Virus record (IMG/VR): IMGVR_UViG_3300050503_000206
From: an uncultured virus (IMG/VR IMGVR_UViG_3300050503_000206)
Taxonomy: Duplodnaviria > Heunggongvirae > Uroviricota > Caudoviricetes
Strand: one strand, 5' to 3'
DNA length: 64,000 nt
Shown one piece after another: positions 1 to 7,868 of the stretch. The notes under the pieces were generated by a model. The model worked only from the letters and a program-made list of their open reading frames with translations, ran no database searches and was not told the origin of the DNA. Within the stretch, counting starts at the first letter, position 1. Every line of letters starts with the position of its first letter. The translations under genes were made by a program, and so were the position numbers.

Positions 1-101
1 GTGGTGGTGGCGCTGGCCGTGGTACCGGCGCAAGTCCAGCAACCGGTGGGACCGGCGGCAACGGAGCCAACGGCGCGCTGTTGGTGATTCTGTTCCGATG
101 A
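1..101 (+). CDS. 3' end of glycine-rich protein (virion fibre/spike-like), partial
   Basis: Frame from nt 3 reads GGGAGRGTGASPATGGTGGNGANGALLVILFR*, a GGxGGxG plus hydrophobic-tail ending typical of Gly-rich viral fibre proteins. Confidence 0.5.
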   Translation, partial: GGGAGRGTGASPATGGTGGNGANGALLVILFR

Positions 102-105
102 CGCC

Positions 106-124
106 GTGATAGCCTCCGCGCATG
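106..124 (+). promoter_or_regulatory. Extended -10 promoter, leaderless start (GTGATAGCCTCCGCGCATG)
   Basis: 19-nt sequence identical to 528-546; TG-n-TAGCCT lies 6 nt before ATG; no Shine-Dalgarno. Confidence 0.6.
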
Positions 125-520
125 TACAAGCGCACCGAGTTCATCACCGAGATCCAGCAGTCTGGCACCGATGAGATCAAGCCGCTGTTCTTCACAGCTG
201 ATCCGAGCCCAGCGCGTGCGATGCACATCACTGCGTACATCGAAGGTGCAGAGGACGGTTCACCGGAGAACAAGCGGCTGTTCCGTATCGAGAGCAACTA
301 CTCGTCCGACGGATCGGATTTCAACCAGACTGGATCAGAGAACAGCTCTGACAACGAAGTCGGAGACGTGAACTGGCAAGCCATGCTCATACAGGACGGA
401 TCGACCGGTCCCATCACGTTCGGATTTCACGCCGGGTACGGAACGAACGCCAGCGGCGGATCATCGGGCACGTACACCGTGAACTGGAAGATCCGCCTCG
501 AGGTCGAAGAGTTCGACTAG
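122..520 (+). CDS. Hypothetical protein, beta-rich, possibly virion structural
   Basis: 132 aa ORF with GC-skewed codon usage, preceded by the repeated promoter motif. Confidence 0.65.
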   Translation: MYKRTEFITEIQQSGTDEIKPLFFTADPSPARAMHITAYIEGAEDGSPENKRLFRIESNYSSDGSDFNQTGSENSSDNEVGDVNWQAMLIQDGSTGPITFGFHAGYGTNASGGSSGTYTVNWKIRLEVEEFD

Positions 521-527
521 TCGCGAT

Positions 528-546
528 GTGATAGCCTCCGCGCATG
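528..546 (+). promoter_or_regulatory. Extended -10 promoter, leaderless start
   Basis: Exact copy of 106-124, ending on the ATG at 544. Confidence 0.6.
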
Positions 547-927
547 CGCAGCAAGCTCACCACGTCCGACACGTTCGCGATCTCGACGAGCACCTTCATC
601 CCGCTCGAGCCGATCGCGGCCAACGACAACTACAAGATCGAAGTCTACGCGGTCGCACGCGAAGTGGGCACGCCGACGAAGTCTCGCGCGCTCAACGTCA
701 CCATGCTTGTCGGCGAAGACGGAGCCGGCAACGCGTACATCGACTACTACAGCCCGGCCAACGGCGGGCAGAACCAGTTCATGACCGCCGGCTACGGCGT
801 GGCCAACCCGCCGTACTCGATCGTCGCGGTCCCCAATACCGGCATGACGGACTTCGGGATCGACGTCGTCTTCTCGACACCGACAGCCATCGAGATCGAC
901 GTCGAGTGGACCGTGACCCGCTTCTGA
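544..927 (+). CDS. Hypothetical protein, beta-rich, possibly virion structural (possible paralogue of 122-520)
   Basis: 127 aa; similar size and composition to the upstream gene; same upstream motif. Confidence 0.65.
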   Translation: MRSKLTTSDTFAISTSTFIPLEPIAANDNYKIEVYAVAREVGTPTKSRALNVTMLVGEDGAGNAYIDYYSPANGGQNQFMTAGYGVANPPYSIVAVPNTGMTDFGIDVVFSTPTAIEIDVEWTVTRF

Positions 928-928
928 A

Positions 929-944
929 TCGATGCTGGTAGGGT
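929..944 (+). promoter_or_regulatory. Extended -10 promoter (TCGATGCTGGTAGGGT)
   Basis: 16-nt sequence identical to 2003-2018; TG-G-TAGGGT lies 6 nt before ATG 951. Confidence 0.6.
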
Positions 945-950
945 AGCGCG

Positions 951-1928
951 ATGAAACGGACGTTTTCGCTCGCCATCCTTCTCATCGGATCATGCGCCGA
1001 CATCGACGAGGGCGACGCCTTCGGCGACGCCGAGTTCCGCGCCGTCGGCGATCAGATCGCCATCACGACGTACAGCACGGCCTACTGCAAGGAAGAGGAC
1101 TTCATCTACAACGGGATCAACTTCGGTCCCGCCAACCACATGAACCACTGCCGCTCGTCGTCGGGATCGGGCTACGTCGATCGCGTCGCGTGCTTGCCGT
1201 GCTCGCCCAACGCGAACCAGGGTTGGTACATCGGCGGCCTCGGATTGCCGACAGGCTGGCTCAGCAACGGCATCGACCTCACGTGCATGGGCACCGGACT
1301 CACCGTCGACGACAACGGCGTCATGAACATCAACGATCCGTGGGCACTCGTCTACGATCGCTGCAACGACCGCTCGGCCACGAATGCCGACGGCTCGGCG
1401 ACGGGCGACATCTGCCTGCCGTTTGGCGGATCGAGCGGATGCGGGGCAACTGAAGGCACGTCGTACAAGATGGACGGCGGCAGTGCCATGCTGTGCTGCA
1501 ACAGCACGGGCGCAGATCACGAATGCGTGCAGCCGACGTCGTATCCGACGAATCCTCCGTACCCGGCCGGACATCCGGACTTCGACACGTGCAGTGGAGA
1601 TCCGTCGACCGACGGGTTCACGCAGCGCGCGATCTGCATCCCATGCGAGGGCTTCACGATCTACGACTACACTGGCGCGCAGAGCACAGGTGTCGACGAC
1701 GACTGCAACTTCGGAAACCCCTGTGGCGGCTGGGACATGCTCGAGGTGCTGGGCAACAACGCAGCCCCGAGCGGACAAGAGTGGGGCAGCAACACGATGC
1801 TCTGCGCGAGCGGCACTGCCGACGAGCCGAACAGCGTCGGCGGCAACAACTGTCACTGGGCGCAGTACCGGTGCGGAGGGACGCTTCGCGACGACGAAGG
1901 CGTGATCCTCAGCGACAACTGCAACTGA
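951..1928 (+). CDS. Cys-rich exported lipoprotein-like protein
   Basis: Signal/lipobox-like MKRTFSLAILLIGSC; many Cys, Gly, Asp, Asn. Confidence 0.7.
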   Translation: MKRTFSLAILLIGSCADIDEGDAFGDAEFRAVGDQIAITTYSTAYCKEEDFIYNGINFGPANHMNHCRSSSGSGYVDRVACLPCSPNANQGWYIGGLGLPTGWLSNGIDLTCMGTGLTVDDNGVMNINDPWALVYDRCNDRSATNADGSATGDICLPFGGSSGCGATEGTSYKMDGGSAMLCCNSTGADHECVQPTSYPTNPPYPAGHPDFDTCSGDPSTDGFTQRAICIPCEGFTIYDYTGAQSTGVDDDCNFGNPCGGWDMLEVLGNNAAPSGQEWGSNTMLCASGTADEPNSVGGNNCHWAQYRCGGTLRDDEGVILSDNCN

Positions 1929-1979
1929 ACGACGTCGAGCCGACCGTGAACCGCTTCTGACGGGCCGTAGACCCCACTT

Positions 1980-2003
1980 CGGCGCCCTTGCGCCGTTTTT
2001 TTT
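1980..2003 (+). terminator. Intrinsic terminator
   Basis: CGGCGC-CCTT-GCGCCG hairpin followed by T8. Confidence 0.7.
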
Positions 2004-2018
2004 CGATGCTGGTAGGGT
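2003..2018 (+). promoter_or_regulatory. Extended -10 promoter for the 2026-7746 operon
   Basis: Copy of 929-944, 7 nt before ATG 2026, directly after the terminator. Confidence 0.6.
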
Positions 2019-2025
2019 CCCGCGC

Positions 2026-2691
2026 ATGCCAGCACAGCTCGCTCCGGTTCCCGAAGACAACCCCCGCCGCCGTCGCGGCCGCCGAGGCGGTCGTCGCAAG
2101 AGCCGGCGCCGCAATCCCTCCCGCACCAACCCGACCGCGGTGACGTACGTCATGATCGCGGCCGCGAGCGCTGTCGCGATCGGTGCCGGCGTCGGCTACG
2201 GCTTCTATCGCCGACGCAAGAAGAAGGTGCTCCCGCCTCCGCCCGAAGGTCCGAAGAAGCCCGGCGGCGGCGGTGGTGGCGGAGGTGGTGGGCCGAAGGC
2301 GTGCAACTACGTCGACTGCCACATCGCACTCGCCGACATCGGTCAGCAGGCGTCGCCGTTCGTGTGGCCGCACAAGGATCGCTGGTCGACCAACCGCCAG
2401 CTCGGCGTGCAGCTCGAGGTGCTCGGCTACGACGTCGGAAACGTCAACGCCGCCGACTGGAACATGGTCCGCAAGACCGCGATGGACGCGACGCAGGCGT
2501 TCCAGCACGACTACAACATCGTGCGCGCGGCCGCGGCCTCGCTCGACCTTCCGACGGCGCCGACGGCTGGCAAGCTCGCCGTCGACGGTCTGTTCGGGAG
2601 CTCGACGGCCAACGCCCTGTACGACGCGTCGATCTGGGCCGCGATCCGTCCGTGGAAGCAGATCGTCGACGAGGCCTCGGCACTGTCGTGA
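2026..2691 (+). CDS. Membrane-anchored protein with NP-polyArg-NP tag and peptidoglycan-binding-like domain
   Basis: DNPRRRRGRRGGRRKSRRRNP, TM helix, Pro/Gly linker, then QAFQ...LAVDGLFGSSTANAL (PG_binding_1-like DGxxGxxT). Confidence 0.7.
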   Translation: MPAQLAPVPEDNPRRRRGRRGGRRKSRRRNPSRTNPTAVTYVMIAAASAVAIGAGVGYGFYRRRKKKVLPPPPEGPKKPGGGGGGGGGGPKACNYVDCHIALADIGQQASPFVWPHKDRWSTNRQLGVQLEVLGYDVGNVNAADWNMVRKTAMDATQAFQHDYNIVRAAAASLDLPTAPTAGKLAVDGLFGSSTANALYDASIWAAIRPWKQIVDEASALS

Positions 2692-3260
2692 GCCGAGCGC
2701 TGCCAAACCCGCGCCGGAAACGACGCGGGCGCAGACGCGGCGGAAGACGACGCCGCAACCCGTGGACGCGCGGTCAGAAGATCGGCGCGGCCATCGGCGC
2801 AGTCGCCTTGGTCGCGACGCCCGTCGTGATCTACGTGCTTGCGAACCGCTGGGCGAAGGGGATGGCGTCGGCATTCGACATCGGCCCCGAGACGATCAAC
2901 TTCAACTACGTCCCGCACCTCGAGACGTGGCCACACATGGATCGGTTCAGCAACGAGTACGCCTTCGGCGTGGCGTTGCAAAGCATGGGCTACGACCCCG
3001 GCTCGATGCACACGAACGAGACGTGGACCATCATCGACGCACGCCCCATCGAATCTGTGCGCGAGTTCCAGCGCGACTACAACCTCGTGCGGCAGATCCA
3101 ACTACCTGATCCCGTCCCGACGCCGCCGCTCGTCGAGGACGGCCTCATCGGAAACAACACTGCCATCGCGTTCTGGGACGCGGAGCAGTGGATGACCGCC
3201 ATGAACCTCACCTGGCCCGAGCTCATCGAGCTCGCGTGGGAAGAACTGGGAATCGGATGA
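2688..3260 (+). CDS. Paralogous membrane-anchored peptidoglycan-binding-like protein with NP-polyArg-NP tag
   Basis: GTG start overlapping the upstream stop; PNPRRKRRGRRRGGRRRRNPW, TM, REFQRDYN...LVEDGLIGNNTAIA. Confidence 0.7.
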   Translation: MSRALPNPRRKRRGRRRGGRRRRNPWTRGQKIGAAIGAVALVATPVVIYVLANRWAKGMASAFDIGPETINFNYVPHLETWPHMDRFSNEYAFGVALQSMGYDPGSMHTNETWTIIDARPIESVREFQRDYNLVRQIQLPDPVPTPPLVEDGLIGNNTAIAFWDAEQWMTAMNLTWPELIELAWEELGIG

Positions 3261-3832
3261 ACGCCAACATCGCCACCACCACCACCCCTGAGTCGAACCC
3301 TCGCCGTCGTCGGAAGCGATCTCGTCGTCGCAGTCGGCGTCGCAACCCGTGGGACAGCCACGACGCGCTCACGACCGGCGCAGGCGCAGGCATCGGATCG
3401 CTCGTCGGCGCCGTGGTCGGCGGATCGATCGGCTTCGCTGCCGCGGCCAGGAACATCGTCAACTCTGGCGAGACGCTGACGCCTGCGACTGCATCGTCGG
3501 TCATGCTCACGCCGCTGCTGTCGTGGTTCGGCTCGATCGCCGGCGGAGCGGTCGGTGGTCGGATCGGCGCGCCGGACAAGGTCGAGCGACGCGGCACGGC
3601 CGGCGGCGCGCTCGGTGGGATCTTCGGCCCGATCGGAGCTGCCGTCGGCGGAGCGGTCGGTGGCGGCTATCGCAGCCGCCGCTCGAACCCCACGCCGCTG
3701 CAGTGGGCCGGGATCGCGGCCGCAGCCGTCGCGGCCGTCACGGGAGGCGCATGGGCCGTGAAGAAGTGGCGCAAGTCCGCTCGCCTGCCGCCGGGCACAC
3801 CGGTCGGGGGAGACACCACGGAGCCGGTGTGA
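3257..3832 (+). CDS. Glycine-zipper membrane protein with NP-polyArg-NP tag
   Basis: ATGA overlap; SNPRRRRKRSRRRSRRRNPW; multiple GxxxG helices; internal RSRRSNP before the last TM. Confidence 0.7.
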   Translation: MNANIATTTTPESNPRRRRKRSRRRSRRRNPWDSHDALTTGAGAGIGSLVGAVVGGSIGFAAAARNIVNSGETLTPATASSVMLTPLLSWFGSIAGGAVGGRIGAPDKVERRGTAGGALGGIFGPIGAAVGGAVGGGYRSRRSNPTPLQWAGIAAAAVAAVTGGAWAVKKWRKSARLPPGTPVGGDTTEPV

Positions 3833-4269
3833 CGACGCCACTGTACCGCCACGCCCTCGACGAGATCCGACGCGAGCGCTGCGCTGTGCTCGTCACGATC
3901 GTGTTCGTATGCTTGGCGGTACTCGTGCTCGGCTGCGCTGCAGGTCTCACGAGGGCCGCCCACTACGCCGACAAGTCGATGGCCGTCGTCGACGTCGTGG
4001 CGAACAAGGGGGCCCGGATCTACCAAGAGGCGACCATCGCCGCGATCAACCTGTGCCGCGCCGAGCTCGGCCAGACCTCGACGCCCGAGGCACGCGAGGC
4101 TTGCCTGCGCAAGCGGGGCTTCGCGCCCGACCAGATCGCGAAGGTGCGCGAGGCCTACGAGGCGCTTGCGCGCGCCTACGACAACATCGCCGTGGCCCTC
4201 GAAGAGATCCGCGAAGCGGCTCCCGTGCTCGAGCAGGGCGACGCCGACGCAAAGGAGGCGCTGCAGTGA
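3829..4269 (+). CDS. Membrane/lipoprotein, helical (possible lysis accessory)
   Basis: GTGA overlap; hydrophobic stretch ending LVLGC. Confidence 0.55.
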   Translation: MTTPLYRHALDEIRRERCAVLVTIVFVCLAVLVLGCAAGLTRAAHYADKSMAVVDVVANKGARIYQEATIAAINLCRAELGQTSTPEAREACLRKRGFAPDQIAKVREAYEALARAYDNIAVALEEIREAAPVLEQGDADAKEALQ

Positions 4270-4484
4270 GCTGGTTGTCGCGACTCTTGGGCAATCGCCG
4301 CGAGCGCGATGCCGTCCTCGAGACGGTGGCCGCGGTCGTGCGCGCGGCCGCCGAAGGTGCACAGACGATTGCGGAGGTCCGCGAACGGCTCGCGCGGCAT
4401 GCCGAGAAGGGTGATCTCGACGAGGCCATCGTTGCCCTTGCCAACAGCGAGGCGCTCTCCCGCGACTACGTGGCGAGGGGCTGA
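4266..4484 (+). CDS. Small helical hypothetical protein
   Basis: GTGA overlap with GGAGG upstream. Confidence 0.55.
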   Translation: MSWLSRLLGNRRERDAVLETVAAVVRAAAEGAQTIAEVRERLARHAEKGDLDEAIVALANSEALSRDYVARG

Positions 4485-4487
4485 CCC

Positions 4488-5162
4488 ATGGCCCGACGCA
4501 CCGAGCCGTGGATCTGGGCGGTCGCGGCCGGCGGTGCCGCAGGCCTCGGTCTGATCTCCTACGGCGTCGTCCGCCTGTTCTCGACGCCGGGTCTGCCCGA
4601 AGGTGTCGTGCCACCGCGTCCGAGCGCCGTGCCCTTCGCACCCGTACCGCGCGGTGTCACGTGGCCGTTGGTGACCTCCGACAAACGCCGCGGCCAGGTC
4701 GGCTACATCGACGTCAACGGCGGCAAGCACGGCAATCAGGCGCGGCGTTTCGGCGCCGACCGATCCGGCCACACGCACGCCGGCATCGATCTGTACGGCT
4801 ACAACGGCGACACCGTGGTAGCGATCGCCGATGGCACTGTGATCGACACCCAGACCTTCCACCTCGGATCGCACGCGATCCTCGTCGACCATGGCGACTT
4901 CGTCGCGCTCTACGGCGAGGTCGACCCCGGATCCTGGGACGAGTTCGGCGTCGATGTCGGCTCGCGCGTGCGCGCGGGCCAGGCGATCGCGAGGGTCGGC
5001 TGCATGGACTGGGACGGCAGCACCTGCGACAGTCACATGCTGCACTTCGAGACCTACCGGCCCGGCACCACCCAGAACCAGTCGTGGACGGGCTCGCCGC
5101 CGCCCGAGCTCCTCGATCCCACGTACCTGCTGCTCGTCGCGGGCGGCCCGGGGGTCAACTGA
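4488..5162 (+). CDS. M23 family peptidoglycan endopeptidase with N-terminal membrane anchor
   Basis: HAGIDL (HxxxD) and HMLHFE (HxH) zinc motifs; VVAIADGTV. Confidence 0.9.
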   Translation: MARRTEPWIWAVAAGGAAGLGLISYGVVRLFSTPGLPEGVVPPRPSAVPFAPVPRGVTWPLVTSDKRRGQVGYIDVNGGKHGNQARRFGADRSGHTHAGIDLYGYNGDTVVAIADGTVIDTQTFHLGSHAILVDHGDFVALYGEVDPGSWDEFGVDVGSRVRAGQAIARVGCMDWDGSTCDSHMLHFETYRPGTTQNQSWTGSPPPELLDPTYLLLVAGGPGVN

Positions 5163-5839
5163 TGGCGCGGCGGGTCGAGCCGTGGATGAAGTGGAGCGCC
5201 GCGGGCCTCGGGGCCGCCGGGCTGGGCCTCGTCGGCTACAGCCTCGTGGCACTGCGGAGCTCCTCGTGGCCCGCCGAGGGCGACTCCTGCTCGCTCGAGA
5301 CCTACCGCGAGGTCCTCGGCCCGCACGTCAACGATACGGTCGTGCAGCGCGCGTGGCAGTACTTGCCGCTCGCTCGGCACGCCGCGCGACAGCTCGGCGT
5401 CGAGCCGGCGCTGCTCGAGGCACTCATCCATACCGAGTCCCGCTGGAATCCCGCGGCGAGCAGCGGCGTGGCCGTGGGACTCGTCCAGATCCTCGCGTCG
5501 ACGGCGGCCTCGGTGTTTCGCGATCTCGCCGACGCGAACCAGTGGCCCTTCGGTCGACTCGGCTCGAGCGACGATCCATCGCGCAACGGCAAGCTCGCCG
5601 AGCTCGGCGTGGCCGACTGGGTCGACCGCACCGATCCTCGGCAGTCGGTGTGGCTTGGCGCGGGCCTTCTGCGCTCGCTGCTCGGTCGCGGCAAAGGCGA
5701 GCACTGGGCCCTCGCGGCCTACAACGGCGGGCCCGGTGGCGCGAACGAGCCGGGGCCGCAGGCCTACGCGAACGACACGCTCGAGCGCAAAGCGTGGTAC
5801 GCCGCGCTCGAGCGCGCGTGCGGAGGGCTGTTCGCATGA
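5162..5839 (+). CDS. Lytic transglycosylase (SLT domain) with N-terminal membrane anchor
   Basis: ALIHTESRWNPAA, GLVQI and ALAAYNGG motifs; start MARRVEPW. Confidence 0.88.
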   Translation: MARRVEPWMKWSAAGLGAAGLGLVGYSLVALRSSSWPAEGDSCSLETYREVLGPHVNDTVVQRAWQYLPLARHAARQLGVEPALLEALIHTESRWNPAASSGVAVGLVQILASTAASVFRDLADANQWPFGRLGSSDDPSRNGKLAELGVADWVDRTDPRQSVWLGAGLLRSLLGRGKGEHWALAAYNGGPGGANEPGPQAYANDTLERKAWYAALERACGGLFA

Positions 5840-6111
5840 ACGAGGTACTGCGAGCGGCGACGGATCCGGACATGCTCGACGCCCGCGTCGGCGCGACCGT
5901 CCGCACGACCGTCAACCTGCAGAGCCGGGCCGAGCCGATCCTCGTGCACCCGGCCGGCTCCGAAGGCCTCGTCGTCGCCTTTCTCGGACCGGGCGTCTAC
6001 CTCGTCGAGATCCGGGTGCCCAACGACCAGCTCGCGGGCGGCGCTTGGTACGACACCCACGAGCTACGCGAGAATGAGTTCGAGGTGGTGGAGGTGGACG
6101 GTGCAGCCTAG
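5836..6111 (+). CDS. Small hypothetical protein (SH3-like, DUF4926-like)
   Basis: ATGA overlap; PAGSEGLVVAFLGPGVYLVE. Confidence 0.5.
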   Translation: MNEVLRAATDPDMLDARVGATVRTTVNLQSRAEPILVHPAGSEGLVVAFLGPGVYLVEIRVPNDQLAGGAWYDTHELRENEFEVVEVDGAA

Positions 6112-6727
6112 ATGGCTGACAGCGTTGCTCATCGCAAGCGTTGCCGTGGCCGGTGCGTCGCTCGGCTACGTCGCGGTCACGCGCGAGCGCAGCGCGGACG
6201 CGATCCGCAACACCGTCCTTCGCAATCTGCGGTCCACCGGGCCGGCGGACTACGAGTCGACCCTCGGCGGCACGACGCTCGTGTTTCCGGAGATGGCGTG
6301 GCGCAACGCTCGCGCTGCCGGACTCGACATCGCCGAGACCATCCGTCGCACTGGCGACAACGCGTGGCTCGTGCTCGACGACGTGTCGCGGCAGATGGAT
6401 CTCGCGACGATCTACCTCACCTCGATCTACCGCGCGACGGGCACCGGCCCGCACACGCGCGGCAACGCGCTCGACATCGGGTACGTGCAAGCGCGTGGCG
6501 AGCCGCTCGTGCTGCTCAAGCGCATCGGCGGCGATCCCATGCAGGAGCCCGCGCTCGCGCGCGAGTTTCGGCAGTGGCTCGAGCGATCGCCCCGGGTGAC
6601 GCAGGTCCTCGGGCCGTGGTGGATGTACGGCGGCACGCGCAACCGGCCCAACGACATGACCTCGCCGCTCGACGTCGGCCACCTGACGCACGTCCACATC
6701 ACGACGCGAGGCAACGATGTCGCGTAG
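6101..6727 (+). CDS. Membrane-anchored M15/extensin-like zinc peptidase
   Basis: SIYR...HTRGNALDI (Hx6D) and HLTHVHI; N-terminal TM. Confidence 0.7.
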   Translation: MQPRWLTALLIASVAVAGASLGYVAVTRERSADAIRNTVLRNLRSTGPADYESTLGGTTLVFPEMAWRNARAAGLDIAETIRRTGDNAWLVLDDVSRQMDLATIYLTSIYRATGTGPHTRGNALDIGYVQARGEPLVLLKRIGGDPMQEPALAREFRQWLERSPRVTQVLGPWWMYGGTRNRPNDMTSPLDVGHLTHVHITTRGNDVA

Positions 6728-6977
6728 TCGCTGCGCTCCGCCATTGGAGGATGCACGAGCGCGTAACGTGCTCGTGACGACCAACTCGCTGTTCGTCGAG
6801 CTCGCCGACGGGCGGCGCCTCGTCATCCCGCTCGATTGGTATCCATCGCTTTTGCATGCCAGCGAAGCGGAGCGGCTCAAGTTCTGCCTCATCGGCGATG
6901 GCGTTGGGATCCACTGGCCCGATCTCGACGAGGATCTCGAAGTGGCTTCGATGCTGGGGTGCCACGGCGATGCGTAG
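6717..6977 (+). CDS. DUF2442 family protein (antitoxin-like)
   Basis: VELADGRRLVIPLDWYPSLLHAS...GIHWPDLDEDL signature. Confidence 0.85.
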   Translation: MSRSRCAPPLEDARARNVLVTTNSLFVELADGRRLVIPLDWYPSLLHASEAERLKFCLIGDGVGIHWPDLDEDLEVASMLGCHGDA

Positions 6978-7746
6978 GTGGATCCCGTGGATCGCGGGCG
7001 CAGGTGCGGCCGCGGCAGGCCTCGTCGGCGGTGCGGCGGCTGTGCGCGCGGCGACCCGCGATTGCGGCGGCGCCACCGACGAGGGCGGCAACGTCGAGGG
7101 CGTGCCCTACCTCGAGCGCATGCGCGGCGGGGCGGCCAGCGGCGACCGCGTCCCCATGGTGGTCGTGCTGCACCCGCGCGACGCGACGCCGGCGGGCTAC
7201 GCGAGCGGCATGAACGGGATCGGTCGAGCTCGACTCATCGTCCCCCAGGGCGCGTACGACTCGCCCTTGGGCGGCTACCTGTGGATGCCCAAGGGGCTGA
7301 AGGCGACGGTCGCCAACGGGCTCGACGCGGCGGAGCGCCGGCAGTGGGAGGACGCCCATGCGCGGCTCGAGCGGTTCGTGCGGACGTTGGCGCGCTGCCG
7401 CCCGACCGCCGGAGAGCCGATCGTCACCGGCTCGAGCCAGGGCGCCGAAATGGCCCTCGTCATGGCGACCATGTCCCGGCGCCACGTCGGCGGGGCCGTG
7501 GCCGTCAACGGCGACATGCCGGCCGAGCTGTGGGGACGCATGGCGCCGACGGTCATGCTGAACGGCACCGGCGACACGACCGTGTTGTTCGCGACCGCGC
7601 AGCAGCATGCGAACGACGCGATCGCGCGCGGGCAGCCGCTGCGCTTCGAGAGCTTTCCGAGTTCGGGCCACAACCTGACCAACGCGCAGGTGCAGGCATG
7701 GCGGGACGAGGTCGAGGCGATGGTGGCCCAGCAGGCCGCTCGCTGA
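6970..7746 (+). CDS. Alpha/beta hydrolase (phospholipase/carboxylesterase-like) with N-terminal anchor
   Basis: GSSQG nucleophile elbow; NGTGDTTV Asp; SGH His. Confidence 0.8.
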   Translation: MRRWIPWIAGAGAAAAGLVGGAAAVRAATRDCGGATDEGGNVEGVPYLERMRGGAASGDRVPMVVVLHPRDATPAGYASGMNGIGRARLIVPQGAYDSPLGGYLWMPKGLKATVANGLDAAERRQWEDAHARLERFVRTLARCRPTAGEPIVTGSSQGAEMALVMATMSRRHVGGAVAVNGDMPAELWGRMAPTVMLNGTGDTTVLFATAQQHANDAIARGQPLRFESFPSSGHNLTNAQVQAWRDEVEAMVAQQAAR

Positions 7747-7785
7747 CTGGCGATGACCTAGCGTGGTGAGCTACCGTGAGGGTGA

Positions 7786-7855
7786 AGCGGCAAGGTTAGG
7801 ATGCGCTGCGCTCGGCCGCTCACGGCACGGATAGGCTCGGCGCGGTACGGCAGGA
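7786..7855. repeat. Degenerate 5-nt periodic array (NNNGG)
   Basis: agcgg caagg ttagg atgcg ctgcg ctcgg ccgct cacgg cacgg atagg ctcgg cgcgg tacgg cagga, in a convergent intergenic gap. Confidence 0.55.
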
Positions 7856-7868
7856 TGCTGACCGCGCT

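Noticed and set aside
2262..2292. GGC/GGT microsatellite
   Set aside because: It encodes a poly-Gly linker with mixed codons; there is no sign of phase variation.
2026..3832. Poly-Arg N-termini as shadow-frame artefacts or Tat signals
   Set aside because: They are in frame with the TM and PG-binding domains, start at coupled starts, recur three times with NP boundaries, and lack the Tat RRxFLK consensus.
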